The notes under the pieces are model-generated. The model saw only the letters and a list, made by a program, of their open reading frames with translations. It was not told where the DNA came from and searched no databases. DNA of 42,789 bases from IMG/VR virus record IMGVR_UViG_3300046048_000265, positions 1 through 42,789 of that record. One strand, written 5' to 3'. This DNA comes from a virus. Taxonomy: Duplodnaviria > Caudoviricetes. Every line of letters begins with the position of its first letter. Position 1 is the stretch's first letter. Below are positions 1 to 8,992 of this stretch, one piece after another. Both the position numbers and the translations under genes were made by a program.

Positions 1-127
1 GACTATGGCTACACCGGCTCCGTTCTGCTGGGCCGCGAGGTCGGCGTGACCGGCGTTTATGACATCACGTTCACAGCGATTTTTCAGGAGTCGGACTACC
101 GCAACTACTTCGTCACCGTTGGCGGGG
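1..127. repeat. Terminal direct overlap, copy 1 (circular contig)
   Basis: Bases 1-127 are identical to 42663-42789 and fall mid-gene; typical assembler overlap. Confidence 0.95.
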
Positions 128-459
128 TGCTGTTTGACGACATCAACATCGGTGACAGTTATACCATTCGCACCCCTGACGCGCTCAACTTCTCCTTTGG
201 CTCTCTCGATGCCGTTGGAACCGCAGTTAACGGATTCAATCAGGCGGGCTATGAGTCGCTTGGCTCGTCTTTCGCTGTGTCGTGGATTGACGCTGACAGC
301 TTGCTTATCGGCTTCAACGATTCGTACACCGGCGACAATGATTACGATGACCTGGTGATTCAGGCGGACTTTGCCGAGGTGCCTGAGCCTATGCCTGCCA
401 TGCTGCTGGGATTGGGGCTGGTCGGTGTCGGCTTGTCCAGGCTCCGCAAGCGTGCCTGA
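1..459 (+). CDS. PEP-CTERM sorting-domain protein, 3' part (begins at 42558 across the circular junction; ~187 aa total)
   Basis: C-terminus VPEPMPAMLLGLGLVGVGLSRLRKRA = PEP motif + hydrophobic helix + basic tail; DUF4114-like GFND...DNDYDDLVI motif; frame continuous with ATG at 42558. Confidence 0.9.
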   Translation, partial: DYGYTGSVLLGREVGVTGVYDITFTAIFQESDYRNYFVTVGGVLFDDINIGDSYTIRTPDALNFSFGSLDAVGTAVNGFNQAGYESLGSSFAVSWIDADSLLIGFNDSYTGDNDYDDLVIQADFAEVPEPMPAMLLGLGLVGVGLSRLRKRA

Positions 460-622
460 TATAACGATGTGTACGGGGCAGCGGTCAGACGGCTACGGCG
501 ACAGTTGTCCCAAGCGGGATACGTGTTATCGCTATACAGCCATACCTGACCAATGGCAGTCATTCATGGAGCCACCAGAGGGCGACTGTAAAATGTACAT
601 GCCAGAAAGGGATAGTAAATGA
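452..622 (+). CDS. Small Cys-rich phage protein (56 aa, MPDITMC...CP...CYRYTA...C)
   Basis: GTG start overlapping the upstream stop; stop overlaps the next ATG; pattern resembles a common small phage family. Confidence 0.6.
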   Translation: MPDITMCTGQRSDGYGDSCPKRDTCYRYTAIPDQWQSFMEPPEGDCKMYMPERDSK

Positions 623-843
623 AAGATCAGCATACGTTGGTCAAGGGTTACCGGGATCTTAGTCAGGAAGAGATTGACCTGATGAACCGCATCAAGGAGG
701 AGGGCGAGAACATTGCCGACCTTATCAAGATGCTTGAGCTGATGCCTGAATGTGACCCACGATGGGTGTCAATAGGTCGTACTGACTTACAAAAAGGGAT
801 TATGTCGCTAGTCCGCGCCGTAGCAAAACCTTCAAGTTTTTAG
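619..843 (+). CDS. acb2: Anti-CBASS cyclic-nucleotide sponge Acb2 homologue
   Basis: QH..KGYRDLSQEEIDLMNRIKE and RW.SIGRTDLQKGIMSLVRAVAKPSSF closely match the Acb2 N- and C-terminal helices as I recall them; Y11 and K26 present. Confidence 0.88.
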   Translation: MKDQHTLVKGYRDLSQEEIDLMNRIKEEGENIADLIKMLELMPECDPRWVSIGRTDLQKGIMSLVRAVAKPSSF

Positions 844-863
844 GAGCAATAGCGCCAGACCTA

Positions 864-907
864 CGGCCCGTTGCTCTCCCTGGCTATGCTGGGCAGAGGA
901 CGGGCCG
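864..907 (+). terminator. GC-rich stem-loop after acb2 (possible weak terminator or processing site)
   Basis: CGGCCCGT...ACGGGCCG arms with internal pairing, followed by ATTTCGTTT. Confidence 0.4.
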
Positions 908-928
908 ATTTCGTTTATGGGGCATTAA

Positions 929-2815
929 ATGAGTAGAGTATTCACCGCCGGGAACTATTTTGAGCTGTCAGATGCCAGCGGGCTGTCACTGCCCATTGGG
1001 CCTCCGGGGCTAACGTTCTTCCTGTGGCTCAAGTACGACGTGACTGGCGACGTGAGCTTGCGCCGAGGATATTACAGGTATCAAGATGATGGTCCTCCGA
1101 AGACGCAATATATAGCCCGTGCAGGGTGGGATAGGGAGATTTGGACTCAGGGGTATGATGCTGCGGGGTACGGCAGAAACACCCCGTTCAATCCGATGGG
1201 CTATACGATTCCTGAAGATGTCTGGTTCCCGCTGGTAGTGTCCTATCGCGTTGAAGATGACTATGGTGCGAGAGTAGTAAACCCATATATTCCCGGACCA
1301 ACACCGATAACGTGGGGGGGATGTTATGTACTGGGGAATGTAGCCCCCACAATAAGAATTGGCGCAGAGTCGGGGAACTCACTTGTCGGCCGAATGGCGC
1401 ACTTCACCATTTATGGGCGCGGCCTGATTGATGCGGAGATTGATGCCCTTATGGCAGGGGCAGCCCCCCTGTCTATCGATGGCGCGGTGCATTACTGGCC
1501 TATGCTCGATGGCACAGGCGACATCACCGACACGGTGAATAATGTCACTGTGCCAATGGTTGGCACCGTTGAGACGGATGCCGCAGATAACCCGCCTGTG
1601 GAGGGCATAGGCGGCCCTGCTGTGCCTGACTTGCTGTTGAGTCTGTCGCCTGCTGCTGATGGCAACCAGAGAATCAGTGACCCGACCGGGGCACTCCCGC
1701 CTGCGCTGCCGACTGTTCCACAGGCTCCTGAGTCGCTGAGCGTTGATGACGTTGCGGCAAACTATGTCACGGTTTCGTGGGAGTACAAGGGCACGACGCA
1801 CACCGGCTTCAAGACGCAATACAGGCTCCCTGCTCAGGGAGGCGTCTGGCTTGACGGGGATACACTGAAGATTAGTGACAGGACGTGGACGAGGCTTGAC
1901 CTGCCGGCAGACACCAATGTCGATGTGCGGATCATGGCATTCAATGCTGTTGGCAACTCTGCTCCGGCAGATATATCGACGGTTACAGGGCCGCCAAACA
2001 CCGAGACCAACCTGGACAAGATACTGGTATATGAGAACCTGGCTGGCATCCCACTAAATCTGAACTGGAATGGGTACGTGCCTTTTGGCACAAGCTCGAC
2101 CAAGGGGTCGCAGGAAGTCGCGTCACTGACCGCTGATCGCGTTGGCATGAACGAGATAAAGGTTGGCGAGGACGGGTTTGGTAAATGGGGCTTTACCTAC
2201 GACACTCCATCATTTTCTGCCCGCGAGGGCGACGAAATATGGTTTCGCGTCTATGAGCTGCATCCGATTGGCTATGACCATTATGCTTATGGCGGCGGCG
2301 GCCGACTGAAGTGGTTCAGGTTTCGCATGGCCCAAATAGAGGGCGGTGCAATATCGGGGTATAACGAGCTATACATGGACTATAAGGAAAACTCCAGGTG
2401 GGTCAATCACAAGGAGGGGGCAACTGACACCAAACCTGCGTGGATGCCTATGGGAAGCTTCGACCCTGAATTGCTGTATGCGGACGGCAAGTGGCACTCA
2501 TTTGAGGTCTACGTTAAGTTCTCAATGGATACTGACGTAGGAGAGATGCGTTTTTGGATAGACGGAGAGCTGATGGGGAAGGCGAACCGCGCTACCCTGG
2601 ACGACCCTGCGAAATCAGCATTCCCAGAGCGCGGGCCTTTTCACTGCGTTGCTCTGTACTATCACACTTACTGGAACGGTCTCGCCCCAAAAACACAGCG
2701 CACGTATTACGACAACATAGCAATTGCTATGAATATAGCGGGTGGCCACAGTGACCGGCAGTGGCTGGAGGCTGACGCTTCTGGATTCCCATTTATCGGG
2801 AGTAAAGTGCAGTGA
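929..2815 (+). CDS. Multidomain LamG-like + FN3 + polysaccharide-lyase-like protein (putative RBP/depolymerase)
   Basis: N-terminal LamG-like end (IGAE..G.MAHFTIY.R.L...EI); FN3 (VSW...VRIMAFNAVGNS); C-terminal jelly-roll motif GG.LKWFR...WHSFEVYVK...RFWIDG. Confidence 0.6.
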   Translation: MSRVFTAGNYFELSDASGLSLPIGPPGLTFFLWLKYDVTGDVSLRRGYYRYQDDGPPKTQYIARAGWDREIWTQGYDAAGYGRNTPFNPMGYTIPEDVWFPLVVSYRVEDDYGARVVNPYIPGPTPITWGGCYVLGNVAPTIRIGAESGNSLVGRMAHFTIYGRGLIDAEIDALMAGAAPLSIDGAVHYWPMLDGTGDITDTVNNVTVPMVGTVETDAADNPPVEGIGGPAVPDLLLSLSPAADGNQRISDPTGALPPALPTVPQAPESLSVDDVAANYVTVSWEYKGTTHTGFKTQYRLPAQGGVWLDGDTLKISDRTWTRLDLPADTNVDVRIMAFNAVGNSAPADISTVTGPPNTETNLDKILVYENLAGIPLNLNWNGYVPFGTSSTKGSQEVASLTADRVGMNEIKVGEDGFGKWGFTYDTPSFSAREGDEIWFRVYELHPIGYDHYAYGGGGRLKWFRFRMAQIEGGAISGYNELYMDYKENSRWVNHKEGATDTKPAWMPMGSFDPELLYADGKWHSFEVYVKFSMDTDVGEMRFWIDGELMGKANRATLDDPAKSAFPERGPFHCVALYYHTYWNGLAPKTQRTYYDNIAIAMNIAGGHSDRQWLEADASGFPFIGSKVQ

Positions 2816-3507
2816 AAATAGTTAGCGGTGAGCCTGTTGTTGTTGAGGGCGACGATGTTGGTAAAGTACACACGGTGACGGTAGGTGGACACCAGATTAA
2901 CGTACAGTCTGCTACGCGCTCTGCTGCTGTGTGTGAGCCGTTCGACATCTTCAGCTCGCCATTTGCGTTTGGCGACATCGTGCCCGTGGTTGTCGTCGGC
3001 ACCAAAGGAACGAAGCGCATAGACGCAAAGCTGATGCCACCAGAAGGCTTGCAGTTTGTAGTGGTTGCCAACGCTCAGCCGTATTTGTCTAAAGACATCG
3101 CTATTGCTGATGGCGACCAGATGGCGACTGAGACAGCCATAGACAGAACCACGATTATTCTGACGCCAGATACCGACGTAACGTACTTCCCCGCCCTTCC
3201 TACTGGCACAGTGCATACGCGCTATTGGTACGACGCCAGCAGCAGTGAGTGGTCGTCAGGACCGGTAACGGTTAATGGCGGCCTGGTACAAGGCGACCCC
3301 ACTATCTACAGCTTTACCGTTGAGAAGAAGTCAGCCAGCGAGGCCGTGCTGCGGGGCAAGTCAGACACCACCAGCGGGACCGTCTACGGCATCGTTGACA
3401 CTAACCCCAACCGCCCGACCAACGAGCAGATTAAGAACGGTTTAAACGCGGCTGGACAGCCAGCGCTTGCAACTGGCAGCGCCATAGTTTCCCCTGGAGG
3501 TGGTTGA
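2812..3507 (+). CDS. Putative virion accessory protein ending in the first part of an FN3-like domain
   Basis: GTGA coupling to the previous gene; beta-rich; C-terminal SGTVYGIV...PT..QI..G..AAG..A..GS pattern. Confidence 0.55.
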   Translation: MKIVSGEPVVVEGDDVGKVHTVTVGGHQINVQSATRSAAVCEPFDIFSSPFAFGDIVPVVVVGTKGTKRIDAKLMPPEGLQFVVVANAQPYLSKDIAIADGDQMATETAIDRTTIILTPDTDVTYFPALPTGTVHTRYWYDASSSEWSSGPVTVNGGLVQGDPTIYSFTVEKKSASEAVLRGKSDTTSGTVYGIVDTNPNRPTNEQIKNGLNAAGQPALATGSAIVSPGGG

Positions 3508-3510
3508 GAA

Positions 3511-4281
3511 ATGAGCAGAGTGCTTTCGCCAGGAAACTATTTTGAGCTGCCAGACGCCAGCGTGTTGTCACTGCCGGTGCAGGCAGGGCTGTCGATTACG
3601 GCATGGGTTAAGTACGACGTGACTGGCGACCTGTCTTTGCGCCGAGGAGCCTATCAATATAATGACGAAGGCGGCGCGACAATATCGCGGATCTCGCTCA
3701 CAACCGCTTATAACCGAGAAGTACGGTCGTCAATTTATGACAAAAATGGCTATCCGAGAAATACGCCAAATAGCGAGCGCGGTGAAACGGTCCCAGAGGA
3801 TGTGTGGTTTCCTTTTGTTGTTTCCGTCAGGGAAGAAGATAACTATGGCGGTCGATTGGTCCACCCCTATCTTCAATCTCCGCTCACGCCAACTGGCGGT
3901 GATACGTGGATTCACAGCATCGCCACGCCAGAAATGAGAATCGGTGCAGAAGTGGCGGGCTGGGGCTTGCGCGGCAAGATGGCACACTTCACCATCTACG
4001 GGCGTGGCCTGACTGACGACGAAATCGACAACATCCTGGCGGGCAGACACCCGCTTACTATCGATGGGGTGGCCCACTATTGGCCTATGACGGAGGGCAC
4101 AGGAGACATCGTTGACTTGATTAACGGTGTTACTGTGCCAATGGTCGGCACTGTTGGAGAAGATGTAGAAGATAACCCGCCAGTCGATACAATCGTTTTG
4201 CCGGAGGCCAACCTGGCGGTCACTATCACCGGGCTGCCGCCCGATACGCTGCTGTATGGCTGGCTGGCGCAGTGGGTGTAG
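3511..4281 (+). CDS. LamG-like protein, paralogue of the N-terminal domain of 929..2815
   Basis: Shared blocks GNYFEL.DAS.LSLP, KYDVTGD.SLRRG, PEDVWFP, MAHFTIYGRGL, VTVPMVGTV, DNPPV; GGAGG upstream. Confidence 0.75.
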   Translation: MSRVLSPGNYFELPDASVLSLPVQAGLSITAWVKYDVTGDLSLRRGAYQYNDEGGATISRISLTTAYNREVRSSIYDKNGYPRNTPNSERGETVPEDVWFPFVVSVREEDNYGGRLVHPYLQSPLTPTGGDTWIHSIATPEMRIGAEVAGWGLRGKMAHFTIYGRGLTDDEIDNILAGRHPLTIDGVAHYWPMTEGTGDIVDLINGVTVPMVGTVGEDVEDNPPVDTIVLPEANLAVTITGLPPDTLLYGWLAQWV

Positions 4282-4285
4282 GCAA

Positions 4286-4651
4286 ATGGATAGGCGGTCG
4301 CTGCTGGTCCTGCTACTCGTCTCCGCGCACAGCGCGGCAGAGGACCGACCGTTGACGTTCTCTTGGACGGCGAAATTGACTCAGACCAATGGCACTGTCA
4401 TCGCGCCAGCGGACCTTGTGGTCACGGTGTACGACCAGTTCGACAACGAGGTTTGCACCGGAACGCACGATGGCGGCTGCGCGTCCACGCAACCGTGGGA
4501 TACGTGCGTCACTTACTACGCTGTGGCCACGCAGCTATCGACTACGCTGCAAAGCGCACCGAGCAGCGGGGTGGAGTCGTGCACTGGCCCTTTGCCCGTG
4601 TACGACACGCCGCCAAGCGCGCCTGCGCTGAATATCGAGCTGGGGCTATGA
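4286..4651 (+). CDS. Signal-peptide-bearing FN3-like small protein
   Basis: MDRRSLLVLLLVSAHSAA resembles a Sec signal; SWTA..TQTNGT...YYAVAT...SAPS FN3-like pattern; 4 Cys. Confidence 0.6.
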   Translation: MDRRSLLVLLLVSAHSAAEDRPLTFSWTAKLTQTNGTVIAPADLVVTVYDQFDNEVCTGTHDGGCASTQPWDTCVTYYAVATQLSTTLQSAPSSGVESCTGPLPVYDTPPSAPALNIELGL

Positions 4652-4759
4652 AGCTGCAATGTGTGCTGGAGTACATGTCTAAATGACCGGGGGCTACCCC
4701 TCGCATGCTTTGAATCAGGTTGATGGCGCGACCCAAACACTACCGTGGACGGCTCCATA

Positions 4760-6835
4760 ATGGCATTTGATCCGATTGACCCTAGAACTCTTGCGGCGTG
4801 TAAAGCAGTATATTTAGCTGATGATGCGTCTACACTAGATTTAGACGGTGATCTGGTAACTCAGTGGCGGCCAGTTTCCGGGTATGCCTCTGGCTCCGCG
4901 TTCACGCACTTTACCCCCAATATGCCGGGCATTACTAGCGGCAACGCTACAGTGAACGGGCGTAATGTATTAGAGAACTCTGTTGTTGCCAATCGCGGCT
5001 TGTTGGGAGAAACCTTAGCCGACAACGGTGGCAACCAAGTAACTATCCATATGGCTATGGCAATAGATCTTGCGCCAGATGCGGAGCAATACTTTTTTAC
5101 TTATAGAGGACTTTCTACTGGGCGTCCGCAGCACTATTTTGGGGTGGATGGGCTACGTATTCAGCTGATCGGCACTATTCCATACGATGAGGCGCCGGTA
5201 GGAGAGTTTTTTATACTCTCGATTCAACATTCAGCTACGTCCAATGTATCCCGCGTGGCTATAAACGGAAAAGTTGTTCTTACCCAGAGCACTACAACTG
5301 CTATATGGAGCAGCACATACGCAGCGCTATGGGGGTATGAAAACGGGGCGGATAGCTTTGTAGGCCGAATGGGCGCGCTGGTATTTTTTGATAGCGGTCA
5401 AGCAGCTACTGATGAAGAGTTTTTCGGCATAGCAGAATGGCTCAAGGCGCGGTATGGCCTCCTTGATAGCCCATATTCCGGCCTCCACACCGTCACCAAC
5501 ACCGACAACGTCACAGACCCCAACTGCATCTACTTCGGGCAGGACATCGAAATTGGCGACGTGTTCTCCTTCAAAGAGACATCCGAGATCAACGGCTGGG
5601 GAGTCAGTATAGACGCTGACGGCTACCCGATTATCGACAGCGGCGGCGCGGAGGGCACTGACTCCTTCCTGTTCGACATTGATAAGGGTGCTGGCTTCGT
5701 TAATCCAAGCGAGTGGACGTTTACCATTGGCGGCGGGGACGGAGGCTCCAACGTCATAGGCGGGCCATTCCGCACTAGTGGGGCAGGCACAGAAGCGCCA
5801 ACGTACACCACGCGCACGACACAGACGTATGCACAAGTCAGCGTTGACCTGTCGGTAGGATGGGTGCTTGCTGACGCTGATGGGTTTGCGGCCAACCGGC
5901 TGCCCGCTGGTCTCAGTATGTCTCCGCAGGGACTGGTCACTGGAACGTCGCAGTCTGTGCAGTCTGTTACCGGCATTGTGGTTAGCAACAGCGGTGTAAA
6001 TTCCAACGCATTTACATGGGACGTGACACTTGGTGCTGCCATAGCGCCTAGCTATGAAGCCAGAAATATCACTGTTAATGTGCCTCACAGCGCCAATTTG
6101 GCGTCAGGCTGGCAAAACACTGATGGCTCTGGCTTCACTATTGATGCCCTGCCAACTGGGCTGGCTATGAGTTCTGCTGGAGCCGTTACCGGCACACCGA
6201 CAGTATTAGATGAAGTGGTCGCGTCCCGCGTTACTCACCGAGGCGTTTCATCCGCCGCGTTTACGTGGACTGTTGTTGGCAATCAGACAGTAGCGCCAAG
6301 TTACTCAGACCGCGAGGTAACTGTCGATGTGCCAGTTTCGGTCAACTTGGCTGTTGGCTGGCAGAATGCCGACCCGTCAGGGTTCACCATAGACGCTCTA
6401 CCCACTGGGCTGTCGATGAACACGATAGGACTCGTCACTGGCACTCCGACGGTGCTCAACGAGACTGTCGCGTCCAGCGTCACCAATAGTGGGGTTACGT
6501 CCAATGCGTTTACGTGGGATGTAGCTGGCAAGCCTGTGGTGGTGCCGACATACACCAACAGGCGGGTGATTGTTGATGTGCCGTATACCGTTGACCTTTC
6601 AATAGGGTGGCAGAACTCAGACGGCTCCGACTTCACCATCGACGCCCTACCAACCGGGTTGTCTATGAGTACGGCAGGCGTCGTCACCGGTACACCTACG
6701 GTGCTGCCAGAGGTGACCGTCTCCACCGTTTCGCACATGGGGCTGACCTCCAATGCCTTTACGTGGACGGTCTATGAAGCTACTGATAGTGGGTCTGGTG
6801 CTGGTTTACAATTAGGTTTGAAACTGAGGATATAG
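4760..6835 (+). CDS. LamG-like + four putative Ig-repeat virion decoration/adhesin protein
   Basis: N-terminal LamG-like region ending WLKARYGL; four 83-aa LP.GLSM..G.VTGTP repeats; ATG at 4760 chosen as start. Confidence 0.7.
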   Translation: MAFDPIDPRTLAACKAVYLADDASTLDLDGDLVTQWRPVSGYASGSAFTHFTPNMPGITSGNATVNGRNVLENSVVANRGLLGETLADNGGNQVTIHMAMAIDLAPDAEQYFFTYRGLSTGRPQHYFGVDGLRIQLIGTIPYDEAPVGEFFILSIQHSATSNVSRVAINGKVVLTQSTTTAIWSSTYAALWGYENGADSFVGRMGALVFFDSGQAATDEEFFGIAEWLKARYGLLDSPYSGLHTVTNTDNVTDPNCIYFGQDIEIGDVFSFKETSEINGWGVSIDADGYPIIDSGGAEGTDSFLFDIDKGAGFVNPSEWTFTIGGGDGGSNVIGGPFRTSGAGTEAPTYTTRTTQTYAQVSVDLSVGWVLADADGFAANRLPAGLSMSPQGLVTGTSQSVQSVTGIVVSNSGVNSNAFTWDVTLGAAIAPSYEARNITVNVPHSANLASGWQNTDGSGFTIDALPTGLAMSSAGAVTGTPTVLDEVVASRVTHRGVSSAAFTWTVVGNQTVAPSYSDREVTVDVPVSVNLAVGWQNADPSGFTIDALPTGLSMNTIGLVTGTPTVLNETVASSVTNSGVTSNAFTWDVAGKPVVVPTYTNRRVIVDVPYTVDLSIGWQNSDGSDFTIDALPTGLSMSTAGVVTGTPTVLPEVTVSTVSHMGLTSNAFTWTVYEATDSGSGAGLQLGLKLRI
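5795..6780 (+). repeat. Four intragenic 249-bp repeats (Ig-like domains)
   Basis: Repeat starts at 5795, 6044, 6293 and 6542, exactly 249 bp apart. Confidence 0.85.
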
Positions 6836-6836
6836 T

Positions 6837-7067
6837 ATGGCCACCGTATTGAAAAAAGATTTTTCTGCTTTCATGTTCACTCAAGATTCTGATGTTACAC
6901 TGCTGGACAGCGGAGATACGTTTCTTGCTGTGGCGAATGTTCCTTATACTACCTCACAGTCTGGGTTTTCAGCTGTTGGCACAGTTATGCTGATGCATAA
7001 TGGTAGAAGGACTGGACATGATCTTTTACAGTGTTTTTCAGTTGATGAGATCAGGGCATTAGTATGA
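6837..7067 (+). CDS. Hypothetical protein
   Basis: 76 aa ORF tightly packed in the operon; ATGA overlap with the next gene. Confidence 0.6.
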   Translation: MATVLKKDFSAFMFTQDSDVTLLDSGDTFLAVANVPYTTSQSGFSAVGTVMLMHNGRRTGHDLLQCFSVDEIRALV

Positions 7068-8023
7068 CTCTCAGATTGCCAACTAGAATGACATCTGGAG
7101 GCGGAGGACTATCCTCTACTTCCTATGTCTCAGAAGGTCCGCCAGTGCTAACTCGGCCCTATCCGAATCTTCTTAACTTTGTTGGAGTTCCTCTTTATCA
7201 GAACCTCCTGCATGGTTGGGTTGGCACTATGCCAATGACTGTGACTATGGCAGCCCTACCTGGCGGATTGACGTTAAATGAGGACAATGGCGACGTTACT
7301 GGCACGCCAACTATGAATCAATGGCTAAGATCTTCTGAAGTAATTGTGACAAATAGCCAAGGTTATAGTACTGCTATGCTCAACTGGTCAATAGATACTT
7401 TGCCAGTTGCTCCGCAAGCGCCAATTACTAAATCTAAGCTATTTGATTTAGTCAAAACTTTCTCTGATAGATTTGATTCAGAAGTTGTAAGTAATCTTGC
7501 TAACTTGCTACTGCTGGCAGAGGGCCGCTTGTCCAGAATGCTAAGAGTTAGAGAGATGGCAGATAAGATATACATACCTATAATGTCTGGCGTGGAATAT
7601 TATCCATTGCCAAATGACTTTGCTGGTATGCGAAATATTCAAATTATTCAAGATAATGGATCTAGTGTAACACCGATATTTATTAATCCTGAGCTTGGTA
7701 ATAGGGCGACTACAGGATGCTACTATACTATTATCAATAACCAGCTGAGACTCAGACCGCCGGTTACAGGCGAAGGCCATATAGAAATCACTTATTTTAG
7801 ACGAATTCCAAATCTAGTGAAGGATGATGATACTACTTGGTTGCTCAATTTAGATCCTGATATATATGTTTCTTCACTAATGATGGAAATAGAACTATTC
7901 GCCAAGAATGATGAACGTGTTCAAATTTGGTCTGAAAAACTCAATAGTGGTTTTGAAGAGATTTCCCAAAGAGACAAAGTTGATCGCTGGAGCGGTCATG
8001 CTCTGACAATAGGAGTATCGTAA
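7064..8023 (+). CDS. Head-tail adaptor with an N-terminal Ig-like extension
   Basis: C-terminal LAEGRLSRMLRVREM...YYPLPNDF...YFRRIP.L...TTWLL..PDIY adaptor pattern; N-terminal LPGGLTL..G.VTGTP. Confidence 0.7.
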   Translation: MTLRLPTRMTSGGGGLSSTSYVSEGPPVLTRPYPNLLNFVGVPLYQNLLHGWVGTMPMTVTMAALPGGLTLNEDNGDVTGTPTMNQWLRSSEVIVTNSQGYSTAMLNWSIDTLPVAPQAPITKSKLFDLVKTFSDRFDSEVVSNLANLLLLAEGRLSRMLRVREMADKIYIPIMSGVEYYPLPNDFAGMRNIQIIQDNGSSVTPIFINPELGNRATTGCYYTIINNQLRLRPPVTGEGHIEITYFRRIPNLVKDDDTTWLLNLDPDIYVSSLMMEIELFAKNDERVQIWSEKLNSGFEEISQRDKVDRWSGHALTIGVS

Positions 8024-8727
8024 TGGGACTAGAATTGTCACCACAGTTTATTTCAGATCTTGATGTTAACTGGCCACTAGGTACAGATCCTACCCTTGAT
8101 GGTGACAATCATATCAGGAATATCAAATCTGTCCTCAAGAATGTTTTTCTTGGAGAAGGCGGCAATGGTTTCCAGAAACAGATAGTAGCTACAGAAGATG
8201 AACTGAATCATCTTGTAGGCACTACTGAGAATATTCAAACTGCTTTGAATGAGCTTAGGCTACAAGGCCGCACGTTCTTGAGTGCTCCAGAAGGATTGAT
8301 CTTAGCAGTTTTTAATAATAGCACTCCAGTTGGCTGGATCACTTCTACAGGTGTTCCTGACCATCTTATGATAATCTGTACAGATAGTAAATCTGGTACT
8401 TTAGATGGGACAGCAAGCCCTATTGACTTGGCTCACGTTCACACTAATGGAACTATAAAGATCACAGCTGCTAATTTGCCACCTCATGCTCATAGCATAC
8501 CCGCCCGCAATAACCAGCTGGTCGAGGACTCAGCCGGCGGAGCTGACAGCTATCCGTGGCAAGACCCAACATCTGGGCAGACCAAGGCAACGAACACGAC
8601 TGGCTCCGGATGGGGAACAAATACTTCAATACAGCTACCCAACACAGGCGGAGCAACTACTTCTTGGGACCCAAGAGTAGCTTATTATAGGAGCATTGAA
8701 AGGGACTATACAGATGATCCCGAATAG
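8023..8727 (+). CDS. Putative tail fibre protein
   Basis: N-terminal GDNHIRNIKSVLKN anchor motif; H.H fibre-tip motifs (HVH, HAH). Confidence 0.6.
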   Translation: MGLELSPQFISDLDVNWPLGTDPTLDGDNHIRNIKSVLKNVFLGEGGNGFQKQIVATEDELNHLVGTTENIQTALNELRLQGRTFLSAPEGLILAVFNNSTPVGWITSTGVPDHLMIICTDSKSGTLDGTASPIDLAHVHTNGTIKITAANLPPHAHSIPARNNQLVEDSAGGADSYPWQDPTSGQTKATNTTGSGWGTNTSIQLPNTGGATTSWDPRVAYYRSIERDYTDDPE

Positions 8728-8992
8728 GAAAGTGTGCCCTCTTGGTAGCGAGTGTGAGAGGATCATTGACGGTAAATTAGAATCATGTATGTGGTACATT
8801 GATATTAAAGGCAGGAATCCGCAGACTGGAGAGCATGTTGACAAAAAGGATTGTGCTATAGCAGTTCTACCAATCCTGATGGTGCAGGCTTATTCTGCAT
8901 CTGAACATATAGCCACATCAGCGGAATCTGTGCGCAACGCATTGGTGGGTATGTCTCGTGTATCAGATTCTACGAATAAACGACTTCGGTAG
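8714..8992 (+). CDS. Cys-rich tail-fibre-associated protein
   Basis: CPL..C...C.W....G.NPQTGE..D..DCAIA pattern, often found next to fibre genes. Confidence 0.55.
   Translation: MIPNRKVCPLGSECERIIDGKLESCMWYIDIKGRNPQTGEHVDKKDCAIAVLPILMVQAYSASEHIATSAESVRNALVGMSRVSDSTNKRLR

Noticed and set aside
3505-3507. Genome-wide TGA reassignment
   Set aside because: Many genes end in TGA with ATGA/GTGA coupling, and long genes are intact in the standard code
929-4281. Diversity-generating retroelement TR/VR pair
   Set aside because: No reverse transcriptase is present; differences include indels and are not adenine-specific
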